From positions 56,606,001 through 56,670,000 of the forward strand of contig NC_043012.1 of assembly GCF_006345805.1 (NCBI RefSeq): 64,000 nucleotides of DNA, in the 5' to 3' direction. The stretch comes from Octopus sinensis. Lineage: Eukaryota. The notes below the pieces were generated by a model. The model ran no database searches, was not told the origin of the DNA, and was given only the letters and a program-made list of their open reading frames with translations. The position numbers and the translations under genes were made by a program. Of the stretch, positions 22,255 through 35,050 are shown one piece after another. Numbering within the stretch: the first letter of the stretch is position 1; each line of letters begins with the position of its first letter.

Positions 22255-22576
22255 CAGTGGTTTTCAACCAGGGTCCCTATAAGATTTTTGTGGGTCCATG
22301 TAATGAAACAATAAATTGGGGATCCACACTAGTATTTTAAGGGCCTCTGAAAAAATTTTGTTTTAGATGTATGTATTGCAAGAAACTGCTAGGTTTTTTC
22401 TCTCTAACATTTTACATAGTTCAAGCTAAACAAGTCAATGTGTGTAAAACAGAATAGGAATTTTGTAAGAAGTTTCAATAAAACTAGATTTTTAAACATT
22501 GAATGGCTATGGGAGTCCACCAGAATAAAATAGTAATCAAAGGGGTCCATAAATGAAAAATTGTTGAAAACTCCTG
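22255..22576. mobile_element. hAT-like MITE with 8-bp target-site duplication
   Basis: TIRs cagtggttttcaac / gttgaaaactcctg; identical flanking 8-mer ctgtagag at 22247-22254 and 22577-22584. Confidence 0.85.
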
Positions 22577-22776
22577 CTGTAGAGAAAGTACAAGGTTACC
22601 CGACTGGAGAGAGAAAGATCAGGAATGAAGGCAGAAACAAGTGTGAAACATATACTGTAAAGCATTGGTACCTGATGCTTTAATGATTCTGGCGATCTAT
22701 GCTTTTTCAGTTGATAAATGACAATATACAATTACAGGTGATACATAAGAAGAAATGGATTAATAAATTCAAATGA

Positions 22777-23090
22777 TAGGCGTAAGAGTGGCTGTGTGGT
22801 AAGTAGCTTGCTTACCAATCACATGGTTCCGGGTTCAGTCCCACTGCGTGGCACCTTGGGCAAGTGTCTTCTACTATAGCCTCAGGCTGACCAAAGCCTT
22901 GTGAGTGGATTTGGTAGACGGAAACTGAAAGAAGCCCGTCGTATATATGTATATATATATATATCATCATTTAAAACAGACATTAAATGATGATGATATA
23001 TATACATACATATATACGACAAGCTTCTTTCAACCAAATCCACTCACAAGGCTTTGGTCAGCCCGAGGCTATAGTAGAAGACACTTGCCC

Positions 23091-23124
<34 letters not shown>

Positions 23125-23292
23125 CTGTGTTTGTCCCCCCAACATCACTTGACAACCGATGCTGGTGTGTTTACGTCCGAATAACTTAGCGAGGCTTACA
23201 AAGAATAAGTCCTGGGGTCGACTTGCTTGACTAAAGGTGGTGCTCCAGCATGGCCACAATCAGATGATTGAAACATGTAAAAGAGTAAAAGA
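22777..23292 (+). mobile_element. SINE family A copy with internal rearrangement
   Basis: Head at 22777, inverted internal fragment near 23010-23090, tail gaaacatgtaaaagagtaaaagag. Confidence 0.8.
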
Positions 23293-24486
23293 GAGTCTTT
23301 GTCTTATTCCTCTCATTCTAGTTAACTAGTATTAATCTCTATGTCTCTCTCTCTCTTTTGTTTTAATGCCTTTTCTTCTGAAAACCAGAAAGTACATACA
23401 ACCATTTTCATTACTATTCATGAGCTAATGCATGTCATTCAACCAGCTAGAAATAAACAATGAATTCTTCAAATCCCATCCTACTCTTTTAAAAATGGAA
23501 GGACATATTGGATGAAGCAGTCCAGAAAAAGAAATTGCTGGAATCATTATTATGACTGGAAAAAAAGCAACAATTGAACTATTCTAAAGAGAAAAGAGAG
23601 GGTGGGAGATGCCTCTGAAGCATGTACATGGTGGTGGTGGTTGTCATTGTCTTCATCACCATCACCACCACCACCACCACCATCAAGGTCTGTTTCTATG
23701 TTGCCATGAGTCGGATGGTTAGACAGGAGCTGGCAAGTAGGAGGGCTGCACCAAGCTTCAATTATCTGTTTCGGCTTCATTTCTACAATTGGATGTCTTT
23801 CTTAATGTCAATGACTTTACAGAGTGTACTGGGTGGTTTTTATGTGGTGCCAGTACCCACAAGGTTGCCAAATATTTTACAAGACCTCTCAGCTTAGAGA
23901 GAGAGAAAGGAAACAAGTGGCTGTGTGCCAGGTGATAGGTTGGAGTATGACAGAGGGACAGGGATAGCTGTCTCACGACAAAGGAGATACCTGGCTAACA
24001 AAACCAACTTAATCAATCAGTGACATCATTTATATGAAAATCAGTAGTTAAATATGGGGAGAAAAAAATTAAACTGAACTTCCTTTTAGGCAGTAAACTA
24101 ACTGGGTAGCTTCAAGGATCTTGCGACAGACATCACCCTTGAATTCATTTTTATTGTGACACTTTTGACAACGCATAAAGTGACATAAAACAATAACAGC
24201 AACAAAACAAATAGAAATTCAAAAAAATTAATTTTATTTTCTTGAAAATTCTATACTTCAATGTATGAACTTTCATTTGAATGATGAAATGGAATTTGGT
24301 TTTTTTTCAATAATGAAGAGAAATGAGAAATACAAATGCAGAACAATGATAAATAAATGTGACACAATGAGAGTGTCTTTTTAATCCAACAGTCATGAAC
24401 AGTTCTTCAATCAGCCTTTTGCTGGTTAATATTTATATTTATATTTATATATATATAGATAGATATGGGTTGTGGATTCTGTTTTG

Positions 24487-24732
24487 TCAGTCCAGTAAAA
24501 GATTAGTTGTATTGTTGTTACCAATCCCAACAGCTGATGTGTTGATCTCTTCATCCTCCATTAGTAACATGTTAGCTTCAAAGTCTTCTGGCTTTTCTAA
24601 ATGGTTGTAATACTTCAAGCGGTCGTTGTTTCGGAAATACTTCACTGATACATCGTTGCTGTTTATTGAAAGGGTTTTCGTTTCTCGGATTTGGCGTTTT
24701 AAAAAATTATCTACCACCCAAAATATAAGAGC
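24487..24732 (-). CDS. STIMATE: STIMATE last coding exon
   Basis: cttctttcag| ALIFWVVDNFLKRQ...SVKYFRN...EANMLLMEDEE...NLLLD TGA; matches human ALMFWVVDNFL, KVRYRR and ESEILISADDE. Confidence 0.92.
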   Translation of the reverse strand, partial: ALIFWVVDNFLKRQIRETKTLSINSNDVSVKYFRNNDRLKYYNHLEKPEDFEANMLLMEDEEINTSAVGIGNNNTTNLLLD

Positions 24733-24787
24733 CTGAAAGAAGAGAAAAAAAAAGAAAGAATTAAAATCAAAATCAGAAATAGACAAT

Positions 24788-24996
24788 TTACTCTTTTACT
24801 TGTTTCAGTCATTTGACTGTGGCCATGCTGGAGCACTGCCTTTAGTCGAGCAAACTGACCCCAGGACTTATTCTTTGTAAGCCTAGTACTTATTCTATCG
24901 GTCTCTTTTGCCGAACCGCTACGTGACGGGGACGTAAACACACCACCATCGGTCAAGCGATGTTGAGGGGACAAACACAGACACATAAACATACAA

Positions 24997-25070
<74 letters not shown>

Positions 25071-25444
25071 CATCATCATCATGGTTGTCGTTTAGCGTTG
25101 GACGGTTCAACTGGGGTCTGGGAAGCCAGAAGGCTGCACCAGGCCCAGTCTGATCTGGCAATGTTTCTACAGCTGGATGCCCTTCCTAACGCCAGCCACT
25201 CCGTGAGTGTAGTAGGTGCTTTTTACGTGCCAGACAAGGCTGGCAAACGGCCACGATCGGATGGTGCTTTTTACATGCCACCAGCACGGGGGCCAGGCGA
25301 GGCTGGCAACGGCCATGATCGGATGGTGCTTTTTACATGCCACCAGCACGAGGCCATTTGGGGTCGCGCTGGCAACGGCCACGTTCGGATGGTTCTCTTA
25401 CGTACCACCAGCACTGGTATCACAGCTGCAATTTCCATTGATGT

Positions 25445-25493
<49 letters not shown>

Positions 25494-25660
25494 TGCGACA
25501 GGCTTCTTTTCAGTTTCCATCTACCAAATCCACTCACAAGGCCTTGGTCTGCCGAAGCTATAGAAGAAAACACTTGCCCAAGGTGCCATATAGTGGGACT
25601 GAACCCGGAACCATGTGGTTGGTAAGCAAGCTACTTACCACACAGCCACTCCTACGCCTA
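24788..25660 (-). mobile_element. SINE family A copy interrupted by an RTE 3'-end insertion (about 25071-25445)
   Basis: SINE tail at 24788 and head at 25660. The central microsatellite contains the catcatcat..ttggacggtt..gatctggc RTE tail and array. Confidence 0.8.
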
Positions 25661-26536
25661 TGGTATCTTCTTTGTCATTGCTGTCACCATTGCTATTATA
25701 TTACATTACAGAACACGCAAAGTGTTGGATGATTACATTGTCATTAACATCACCACCACCACCACCGCCACCTTCATGGCATGATAGAACACTTGAACTT
25801 TAACCTTCAATTGTGACACATTCCTGGCAATGAGGGCCTTTAATTTCCCTCAGATAAGTCATCATGGAATGTGAAGAAGACAGCACGAATGAAAGGTGTC
25901 AACTAATTTTAAACCACCAAATAACAATGGCGAATAAAGGGGCTTGGTTCACAGTGGCATGGCCTGCTAGAGAGAGCAGCTAAACATCCCTTAGCTTACA
26001 CCTTACTCTTTTCAAAAGGGAGGGGTACATTGGACAGCGTAGTCCCAGATACATAATGCTCAAGAGAAGGACAGGATGGTCATATTGTAATGTCTGTGAT
26101 TATAGGTTTCCTCAATTAAGGTTGATCTTGACATAAACAACAACAACAACCACAATAAAAAAAAAAATCTAAGCACAAAATCATGTGTGGGGCAGGGTTG
26201 GAATGCAAAAGAAAATGGTTGATGAAGTGTCAGTAGATCTTGAATTCCTTTCTCTGCGCCTCATGAAAGCAACATCATCATCAACAGCAGCAGCAGCAGC
26301 GGTAGCAGCAACACCATCAGTGGTGTAGAAACATGTATGTCAGAAAAAAAAATACTTGAATAAAACATTAGGAGTCTTAATTACAGGAAAGACGTGGTCA
26401 AATAGATTAAGTGCTAGAACAGAATTTAATGAGTGATGATAACTGAAGGAAGTTGAGATGCCATTTTCTAAGTATGGTAATTATAGTAGAAACAATTAAA
26501 TAATTAGAAGACTCTATGTGGAGTGCAAGGAGAGAG

Positions 26537-26577
<41 letters not shown>

Positions 26578-28363
26578 TATAGAGACAGAGTCAGCTTAAG
26601 GCAAACTAATAATGCCTTAAGCACAGCTCGGTAATGGTTCTTTCTTGACCCTACCCGTGTTTATCTGACAAAACACTGAGATATAAGTGTTGCATGTGAA
26701 ATAATAAATAGAAGAAAAATCGTAGGCGTGGGTGTGTGGTAAGGAGCTGGCTTCCTAACCAAATGGTTCCGGGTTCAGTCCCGCCGTGTGGCACCTTGGG
26801 CAAGTGGATTTGGTAGATAAAAACTCAAAGAAGCTTGTCGTAGATAAATGTGTGTGTGTGTATGTCTTTGTCTATCTCTCCCACCCACTGCTTGGCAACC
26901 AGTGTTGGTGTGTTTATGTCACTGTAAATTAGCAGTTCAGCAAAAGAGACTGACTGAATAAGTACTAAGCATAAAGAAAAATTAAGTCTTGAGGGTCAAT
27001 TTGTTTGACTAAAACCCTTCAAGGTGGTGCCCCATCATGGTCACAGTCAAATGACTGAAACAAGTAATATATATATATATATATATACACGATGGGCTTC
27101 TTTCAATTTCCGTCTACCAAATCCACTCACAAGGCTTTGGTTGGCCTGGGGCTATAGTAGGAGACACTTACCCAATGTACCACGCAGTGGGACTGAACCC
27201 GGAACCATATGGTTGGTAAGCAAGCTACTTACCACACAGCCACTCCTGCGTTGTTCACTTTATAGCATACTTCCTAGTAAGGTGTAGAAACAGACAGTGT
27301 GCAGGCCAGTGAAAGCGAACTTATGAAAGATCATGTCAATAGGCAGTGACATACATGGTTTTGGGTGATGTGATAAACTTTGAAAGAAAAATATAAAATT
27401 TCCCTGCAGTATCAAATTATAAAGAAATCAATCAAAATCAATGGAAATTGTAGTTGTGATACCAGTGCCGGTGGCACATAAGAGAACCATCTGAACGTGG
27501 CCGTTGCAGGCACCGCCCCGACTGGCCTCCATGCCGATGGCACGTAAAAAGCACCATCCGATCGCGGCTGTTGCCAGCCTCATCTGGCCCCTGTGCCGGT
27601 GGCATGTAAAAAGTACCCACTACACTCACGGAGTGGTTGGCATTAGGAAGGGCATCCAGCTGTAGAAACACTGCCAGATCAGACTGGGCCTGGTGCAGCC
27701 TCCTGGCTTCCCAGACCCCAGTTGAACCATCCAACCCATGCTAGCATGGAAAGCGGATGTTAAACGATGATGATGAACTAATCGACATTTAACTAAAACC
27801 AAAATACGTTTGTAAATGCAAGTGATACACTGATCAAAGGATTATTAAAGAAATTAAAATTGTGACACACTGGACTAAAAAGGGTTTAACAATCACTAGA
27901 GTAGACAATAACTATCAGTGTTTGTATGTGATCAAAGTACATTGAATACAGTAATAAATATCTGATTACATCAACGTGTGTGTGTGTGTGATCAGATGAT
28001 TTGCTTCTATATTCTCCATAAGTCTTCTGGTTGCAGTTCCACTGGATGACATCTTGGGCAAGTATCTTCTATGATAGCCTTGGGCTGACCAAAGCCTTGT
28101 GAGTGGATTTGATAGCCAAAAGCTTAAAGAAAGCCATTGTCTGAGTATGTGTGTGTGTGTGAATGAGAAAAGGAAGAAAATAGAGAAATTGACATGAAAC
28201 GGCTGTAGGACTGGAATTTCATTATATGGATTTGGCTATCTTTAAATAAACTGATGTCCGCATGTCAATTTCTCCATTTTCTTCTTTTTCTCATTCATAA
28301 ATATTTTAAATGCCTATATATATATATATATGTTGGAAGGTCTGGAGATGATGTACAGGTATT

Positions 28364-28680
28364 ATATATTAGAAGAAATGAGGTAATCAGAAGATGGGAT
28401 GGTTTATATTTACAGATATTTATTTATATATTACATTTTTTACATATATATCATATCATTTAGATCATTAGCGCTTGTTCCTCCCCACCACTACGAAACT
28501 CTATAAAATGATTAAAATTCCCCACAAAGGAATTATTTTGATTTGAAAACCCCACTAGAATGGGAGAAAGCGCTAATGATCTAAATGATATGATATATAT
28601 GTAAAAAATCTAATATATAAATAAATATCTGTAAATATAAACCATCCGATCTTCTGATTACCTCATTTCTTCTAATATAT
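28364..28680. repeat. Foldback: 113-bp inverted arms, 91-bp spacer
   Basis: 28364-28476 versus the reverse complement of 28568-28680 differ at only two positions. Confidence 0.95.
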
Positions 28681-28682
28681 AT

Positions 28683-28718
<36 letters not shown>

Positions 28719-28774
28719 CATACATACATATATTTATATATACATACATATATTTATATATACATACATACATA

Positions 28775-28846
<72 letters not shown>

Positions 28847-28870
28847 CATATATATATAGATATTTATATA

Positions 28871-29112
28871 TCAGAACTTTTTGCGTAATGAGATAAAAAA
28901 ACCAAGGCTGTGTAGATATTAGAACATTTATAGATAGAAGGTCTTACAGCTGTTTCCAGGATATTTATTAATTATATCCCTTCATCAGAGACGGTGTGAG
29001 AGGATGGTTAAGTAATAATTAATTTAGATAGGATACAAAATAGAGAGTGAGGTGGAGGAAAGGAAATAGATGTGAGATATGTAGGGATATTTGTAGAATT
29101 TGTAAATATATA
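28871..29112 (-). mobile_element. Penelope-like element terminal-repeat fragment carrying the hammerhead, abutting a (TA)n/(TACA)n tract
   Basis: Non-genic block containing the hammerhead and ending in a long TA microsatellite. Minimal hammerheads of this type are characteristic of PLE terminal repeats. Boundaries are approximate. Confidence 0.45.
28941..28992 (-). ncRNA. Minimal type-I hammerhead ribozyme motif (Penelope-like)
   Basis: Minus strand GTCT CTGATGA A GGGATAT AATTAATAA ATATCCT G GAAA CAGCTGT A AGAC. Stem I GTCT/AGAC, CUGAUGA and GAAA core, 7-bp stem II, palindromic loop-less stem III ACAGCUGU, GUA cleavage triplet. Confidence 0.8.
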
Positions 29113-31700
29113 TCAATGCAAAACCGATATATTTAGTTTTCACTAAACACTGGTATAAACTGGAGAACTACGATGCTCGCATCCCTTAAAGGATTATAGG
29201 TCCTTGATACAATTATATGTATGTATGTATTCATGTGTGTGTGCGTCTTTGTGTCTGTCCCCCCCACCCCAACCATCAATTGACAACTGATGTTGGTGAG
29301 TTTACATCCCTGTAACTTAGCAGTTTGGCAAAAGAGACTGATAGAATAAGTACTCGGCTTACAAAGAATATGTCTTGGGCTTGGTTTCTTCAACTAAAAA
29401 AAACCCTGGCTGCAGTCAGATTACTGAAACAAGTAAAAGAATATATATATGCATGCATATCACCATCCGATTGTGGCCGTTGCCAGCCTCGCCTGGGCCC
29501 CATGCCAGTGGCACGTAAAAAGCACCATCCGTCCGTGGCCGTTTGCCAGCTCCGTCTGGCACCTGTGCGGGTGGTACGTAAAAAGCACCCACTACACTCA
29601 CGGAGTGGTTGGCGTTAGGAAGGGCATCCAGCCGTAGAAACACTGCCAGATCAGACTGGGCCTGATGCAGCCTTCTGGCTTCACAGACCCCAGTTGGACC
29701 GTCCAACCCATGCTAGCATGGAAAGCGGACGCTAAATGATGATGATATATATATATATATATAATATATATATATATATATTATACACTCATATATAATA
29801 AGCCATTCCTGTTTTGAGTGTGGGTGAAAATTTCACCTACAGGTAAGGGGTTTCTTTACACCTGATGCAGAGATTCCTTTATCAGTTTTATTGTTCAAGA
29901 TTTGCATAGTAACAACATAAAGATGCTGGCTCTCTGACTTTGGCCTTCACCAGCACGAATGATTACAACAGGTCAGTGCAAGTAATTAGAATGATTAAAA
30001 CGAGCGACTGAAAGTGAACTAGCTTTTGTTCTGCTATGTAGAAGATAGAATTACAAATTATACTGAGAGGAATTTGTTGGACTAACCTATATCACAAAGG
30101 TCAAATGGTGGCAGTTGTCATTGTTGATATTGTTTACCCTTAAGTCAACCCTGAATGAATAAACCTATGAGGAATGGGCATTCCAGCCATGACTATCTAG
30201 ATGGTCTTTTGGTCTTTTCTTTATATGCAGGGAACCCATGTCTGTGTTAGCTAATATGTTTTTTTTTTCATGGTAGTTTATGTTTATATGCCCTTTACAA
30301 GAATAGCCAGGCTCATGGGCCCCCGGTTTCCCGGTTTCTGTGGCGTGTTTTCCCCCCCAGCTGGCCGGGATGCCGGTCCATCGCAGCGTTACTCAAAAAA
30401 CAGGAAGAGAGAGTGAGAGAAAGTTGGGGTGAAAGAGTCCAACAGGGGTCACCACCACCCTCTGCCGGAGCCTCGTGGATCTTTTAGGTGTTTTCGCTCA
30501 ATAAACACACACAACACCCTGTCTGGGAATCGAAACGGTGATCCTCCGACTGCGAGTCCACTGCCCTAATCACTGGGCCATTGCGCCTCCATGGTAGAGT
30601 GTGTGTGCAATCAGGTACATTGAGCTACTATTTCTAGCTTATAAAGCAACTATTTAGCAATACCTGCACTGGCTTGAGATCAAATGGTTGTAGAATGGTG
30701 AAGAAAATTTTTTTGAAAAATGTACATTAAATGATGATGGCGACGGTGGTGGTGTTGTTTAGCCACAAATCAGTACTGATGAGACTTGCGATCTCTTGTA
30801 ACCATCCTGTCCTTTTTTTTTCATCAAAAACACAGTGAAGGCAGTGAGCTGGCAGAATCGTTAGCATGCTGACCAAAATATTTAGCAGCATTTCATCTGT
30901 CTGCACATTCTGAGTTCAAATTCTGCCAGGGTGAACTTTGCTTTTCATCCCTCTCAGGAGTTGATAAAATAAGTACCACTTGAACACGGGTTAACATAAT
31001 CAACTTATTCCCCACTCCCTCAGAGTTGCTGGCCTTGTGCCAAAATTTGAAACCATTATGAAAAATAAAGTGTATCCAGGACTACATTATGTAATGAGAC
31101 CTTCCCCACTTTCAAGACAGTATTTTTTATGTAATTTTATAATTATTTTTATGAATTAATCAAAGAAGGAAGGTTCAATGCCCTCTTTTTTCACAGGATT
31201 TCCAAGACCCAGTAGAACAAACTGGAGACTTCACCTGAATGTTTGCAATAAACTGGACCCCACAAAAGGTACACAAGGGCTTGGGAGTGATGTTAAACCA
31301 AGAGGTGAATTAAATCTATCAGCCAAGTTGATTTGAAGAAAATACACCTATTATTTCTAGCAAATCTAGGAACTGCATAAGAGTTCCCCCATTTAGTCAT
31401 TTTCTTAATCTATAGATGCAGTTGCTATGAATGATCCATCCATCCCTTCCTCCACACACATGATGAAAGCATGGCTGGGTGGTTAAGAAGTTTACTTTTC
31501 AACCATGCAGTTTCAGGTTCAATCCCACTGAGTAGCACTTTGAGCAAGTGTCTTTGATTTTAGCCCTAGGTTGATCAAAACCTAATGAGTGGATTTGGTA
31601 AATGGAAATTGAAACTGTCACATATATGTGTGTGTGTGTGTGTATGCATGTACATGTAAATTCGCTTACATTTGCCCAACATGTTGAAATTTTAACTCCT

Positions 31701-31931
31701 TTAACCCTTTGAATACCAACCCGGCTGAAACTGCCTCTGGTCCTATATATAGTACAAATGTCTTGTTTTCAAAAGTTCTGAATTAAAATCTTCCACCAAA
31801 TCTTAGTCACAATTTACACTTCTAACACTGGCTTAATAATAAGTTATTTTACTAAATTCCTTGTTATATCTAAAAATTAATTGAAAGAAACACAGAGCAT
31901 CTCAACAGAAATATGGTAACAAAAGGGTTAA
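31701..31931. mobile_element. piggyBac-like MITE (TTAA flanks)
   Basis: ttaa|ccctttg..caaaaggg|ttaa; homologous copies in reverse orientation at 36080-36307 and 58113-58339. Confidence 0.75.
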
Positions 31932-32457
31932 TAATCCTATTATTCCAGTGTCATATGTTAGCACGTGTTTTTTTTAGATAAGCTTCTTATAACATGATAT
32001 AGCAAGATCTTCTTTTAAAACCCAATGTGTGTCACCTAAAAGTATTAGATTTGATGAATCTGATGGTCTTACTATGGATAATGGGAAAATCAATGGTGAA
32101 AGTGGATCAGCTAGTGTTGAGGGTACAACATCCCTTGTGCACCACCCCGTAGGGAAGAGAAGACAAAACACAAAAAGATAAAAAAAACATTATCCAAGTG
32201 TACCCTTTCAATTTAAGATGATGGGGTGCTATGAATGAGGTTTAACTGTTATTTCTAGCAGGTTGAGTGACTGCACAAATGCTCCCTCTATATTTCATGA
32301 CAACTATTGCATTCAGCAAAGGTACTTGATGTGTAAGTGGAGCAAAACAGGAAAACAGAATTACAATTGGATATCAAAAGTTGCTTCAAACTTGGTTCCA
32401 AAGCTAACCCCTCTCTTACAGCAATTGTAGACAAAGTATATATATCTTATCTTCTAT

Positions 32458-32871
32458 TTACTCTTTTACTCTTTTACTTGTTTCAGTCATTTGACTGCGG
32501 CCATGCTGGAGCACCGCCTTTAGTCGAGCAAATCGACCCCAGGACTTATTCTTTGTAAGCCCAGTACTTATTCTGTCGGTCTCTTTTGCCGAACCGCTAA
32601 GTGACGGGGACGTAAACACACCAGCATCGGTTGTCAAGCAATGCTAGGGGGACAAACACAGACACACAAACATATACACACATACTTATCTATATATACA
32701 TATATATGACAGGCTTCTTTCAGTTTCCGTCTACCAAATCCACTCACAAGGCATTGGTCGGCCCGGGGCTATAGCAGAAGACACTTGCCCAAGATGTCAC
32801 GCAGTGGGACTGAACCCAGAACCATGTGGCTGGTTAGCAAGCTACTTACCACACAGCCACTCCTGCGCCTA
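32458..32871 (-). mobile_element. SINE family A, full-length copy
   Basis: Reverse complement of the 41268-41673 element. Confidence 0.9.
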
Positions 32872-33821
32872 TTTGTTTCATATTTCTTTACTACCCACAA
32901 GGGGTTACACACAGAGGGGACAAACAAGGACAGACAAACAGATTAAGTCGATTATATAACTGGTACTTATTTAATTGACCCCAAAAGGATGAAAGGCAAA
33001 GTCGACCTCGGTGGAATTTGAACTGAGAACGTAACGGCAGACGAAATACCGTAAAGCATTTCACCCTGCGTGCTAACGTTTCTGCCAGCTCCCCGCCTTA
33101 TCTTTTACTTGTTTCAGTAATGGACTGTGGTCAAGCTGGAGCACCATCTTGAAGAGTTTAGTTGAATAACCCCCCCACCGCCCCGATCTTCCCCAGTATT
33201 TATTTTTCTTAAGCCTGGTGCTTATATCTTTCTCTCTTGCTGAACTGCTAAGTTATGAAGACATAAACAAACCAACACCGGTTGTCAAGCAGTGGTGGTG
33301 GTGGTGGGGCAAACACAAATTAGAAGATACACATACATAAACACACACACACACACACACAAGGTACTTCTTTCAGTTTCTGTCTACCAGATCCACTCAC
33401 AAGGCTTTGGTCATCCCAAGGCTATAGTAGAAGACACCAACCCAAGGTGCTACGCAGTGGGACTGAATCTGGAACCATGTGGTTAAGAAGCAAAATTCTT
33501 ACCACACAGCCATGCCTGTGCCTCTCTATATATAAATCTGAGAAAGGCCATGATTTAAGAATATAAGTAGGGTTATAGGTGAGTGTAATAGTTTATAATT
33601 GAGCACACTTTGAGTTAACCGGTTGATAATTTCCATAATTTAAACTGACGACTGGTGATAAACTGTCTCTGAAATGCCAGTCAATCAGAAAATCTTCTAA
33701 GCAATTATCCTGAAGTACAGACCTGCACAAAAGAGAGAAAGATAGATGGGAGGGGGTACAATGGAACTGAAATCATAAACCAAAAAGGGATAAAAATATG
33801 GAACTTGTCCAAAGAACTTAC

Positions 33822-33905
33822 ATTCACAAATAAGGGAACCATAAACATTACTATCACAATCTCCAAGTTAGCATTCTTCACTGGGGCTAAAATAAATTTT
33901 CGCAC
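33822..33905 (-). CDS. STIMATE: STIMATE penultimate exon
   Basis: tttcag| VRKFILAPVKNANLEIVIVMFMVPLFVN |GTAAGT; matches human NPDLKLAIVMLIVPFFVN. 84 nt, phase 0/0. Confidence 0.92.
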
Positions 33906-34082
33906 CTGAAAATATAAACCAAGTTAGAACATTTTATATGATTCTGTTAATTCATCTTTATCACATGCACACATGCCAAAATTAGAAATAATTACGAAGT
34001 AAGAAGAAAAACAGAGATTTTTCTTTTTTTTGTTTTGTGACATCATTGTAACAATCTAGAAAAACTTTGTTAGAACCCAGTC

Positions 34083-34596
34083 CAGTAGTTCTTAACCATT
34101 TTTTCTTATGAACGCTTTTGATTCCTATTTTATTTAGTTAGACCCTTATAGCCATTCAATGTTTAAGAAATCCTGTTATATTTCTATAATTTAATATTAT
34201 TAGAATCGTGTAAAAAAAATTCTTAAAACTCGTTAAGCCAAGTAAAATCATAGTGGTGGCTGTTGCTGGTGTCATGTAAATGGCCCCTGTGGAATTGTGG
34301 TCATGGCTGTTGCTGGTGTCATGTAAATGGCACCTGTGCCAGTGGCATGTAAAAAGTACCCATTATACTCTTGGAGTGGTTATGTTCAGAAGGGCATCCA
34401 GCCGTAGGAACCCAGTGCAGCTCTGACGCTTACCAGCTCCAGTCAAACTGTCTAACCCATGCCAGCATGGAAAGCAGACTATGATGATGATGATGATGAT
34501 GATGAGTATAAGCAATTTATTGCAAGTAAACATTAATAATAAAATCCTGACAGGACCCCACCCAAGGGTCAAGTAGAACCTGGTTGAGAACCACTG
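34083..34596. mobile_element. hAT-like MITE with a nested RTE-tail insertion
   Basis: TIRs cagtagttcttaacc / ggttgagaaccactg; the TSD is degenerate. Confidence 0.6.
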
Positions 34597-34845
34597 ACCT
34601 AGAACGAAAGTAATTCTACCCATGTATTGTGCCTGAATAAAGGGTGTGTTGCTGTTGTTATTATTTCTACTGAATATTTATTATTGGCTCTGCTGGACCC
34701 CACCCAAGGGTCAAGTAGAACCTGGTTGAGAACCACTGACCTAGAATGAAAGTAATTCTACCCTTGTGTTGTGCCTGAATAAAGGGTCTGCTGCTGCTGT
34801 TGTTGTTATTATTTCTACTGAATATTTATTATTGGCTCTGCTGGA
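34553..34845 (+). repeat. Tandem duplication (about 142/151 bp) including a MITE end
   Basis: ggaccccacccaagggtcaagtagaacctggttgagaaccactg at 34553 and 34695. Confidence 0.9.
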
Positions 34846-35050
34846 GCAGCATATCTATGTTATGGAGACAGCTGTGAAACCAAATATTTGGATGGTAAAC
34901 AACAAAGTTAAGTCCTCTAGATACAAGGATCTAATATATTCAGCTGTTTCAAAACGGTTTGAACTGTAGTATTTGATCAACTTTATAGTGTTGCTGCCCA
35001 TCCTAAGACTACACAGAAACACCTACTATCAGACCATCCATTATTTTAAC

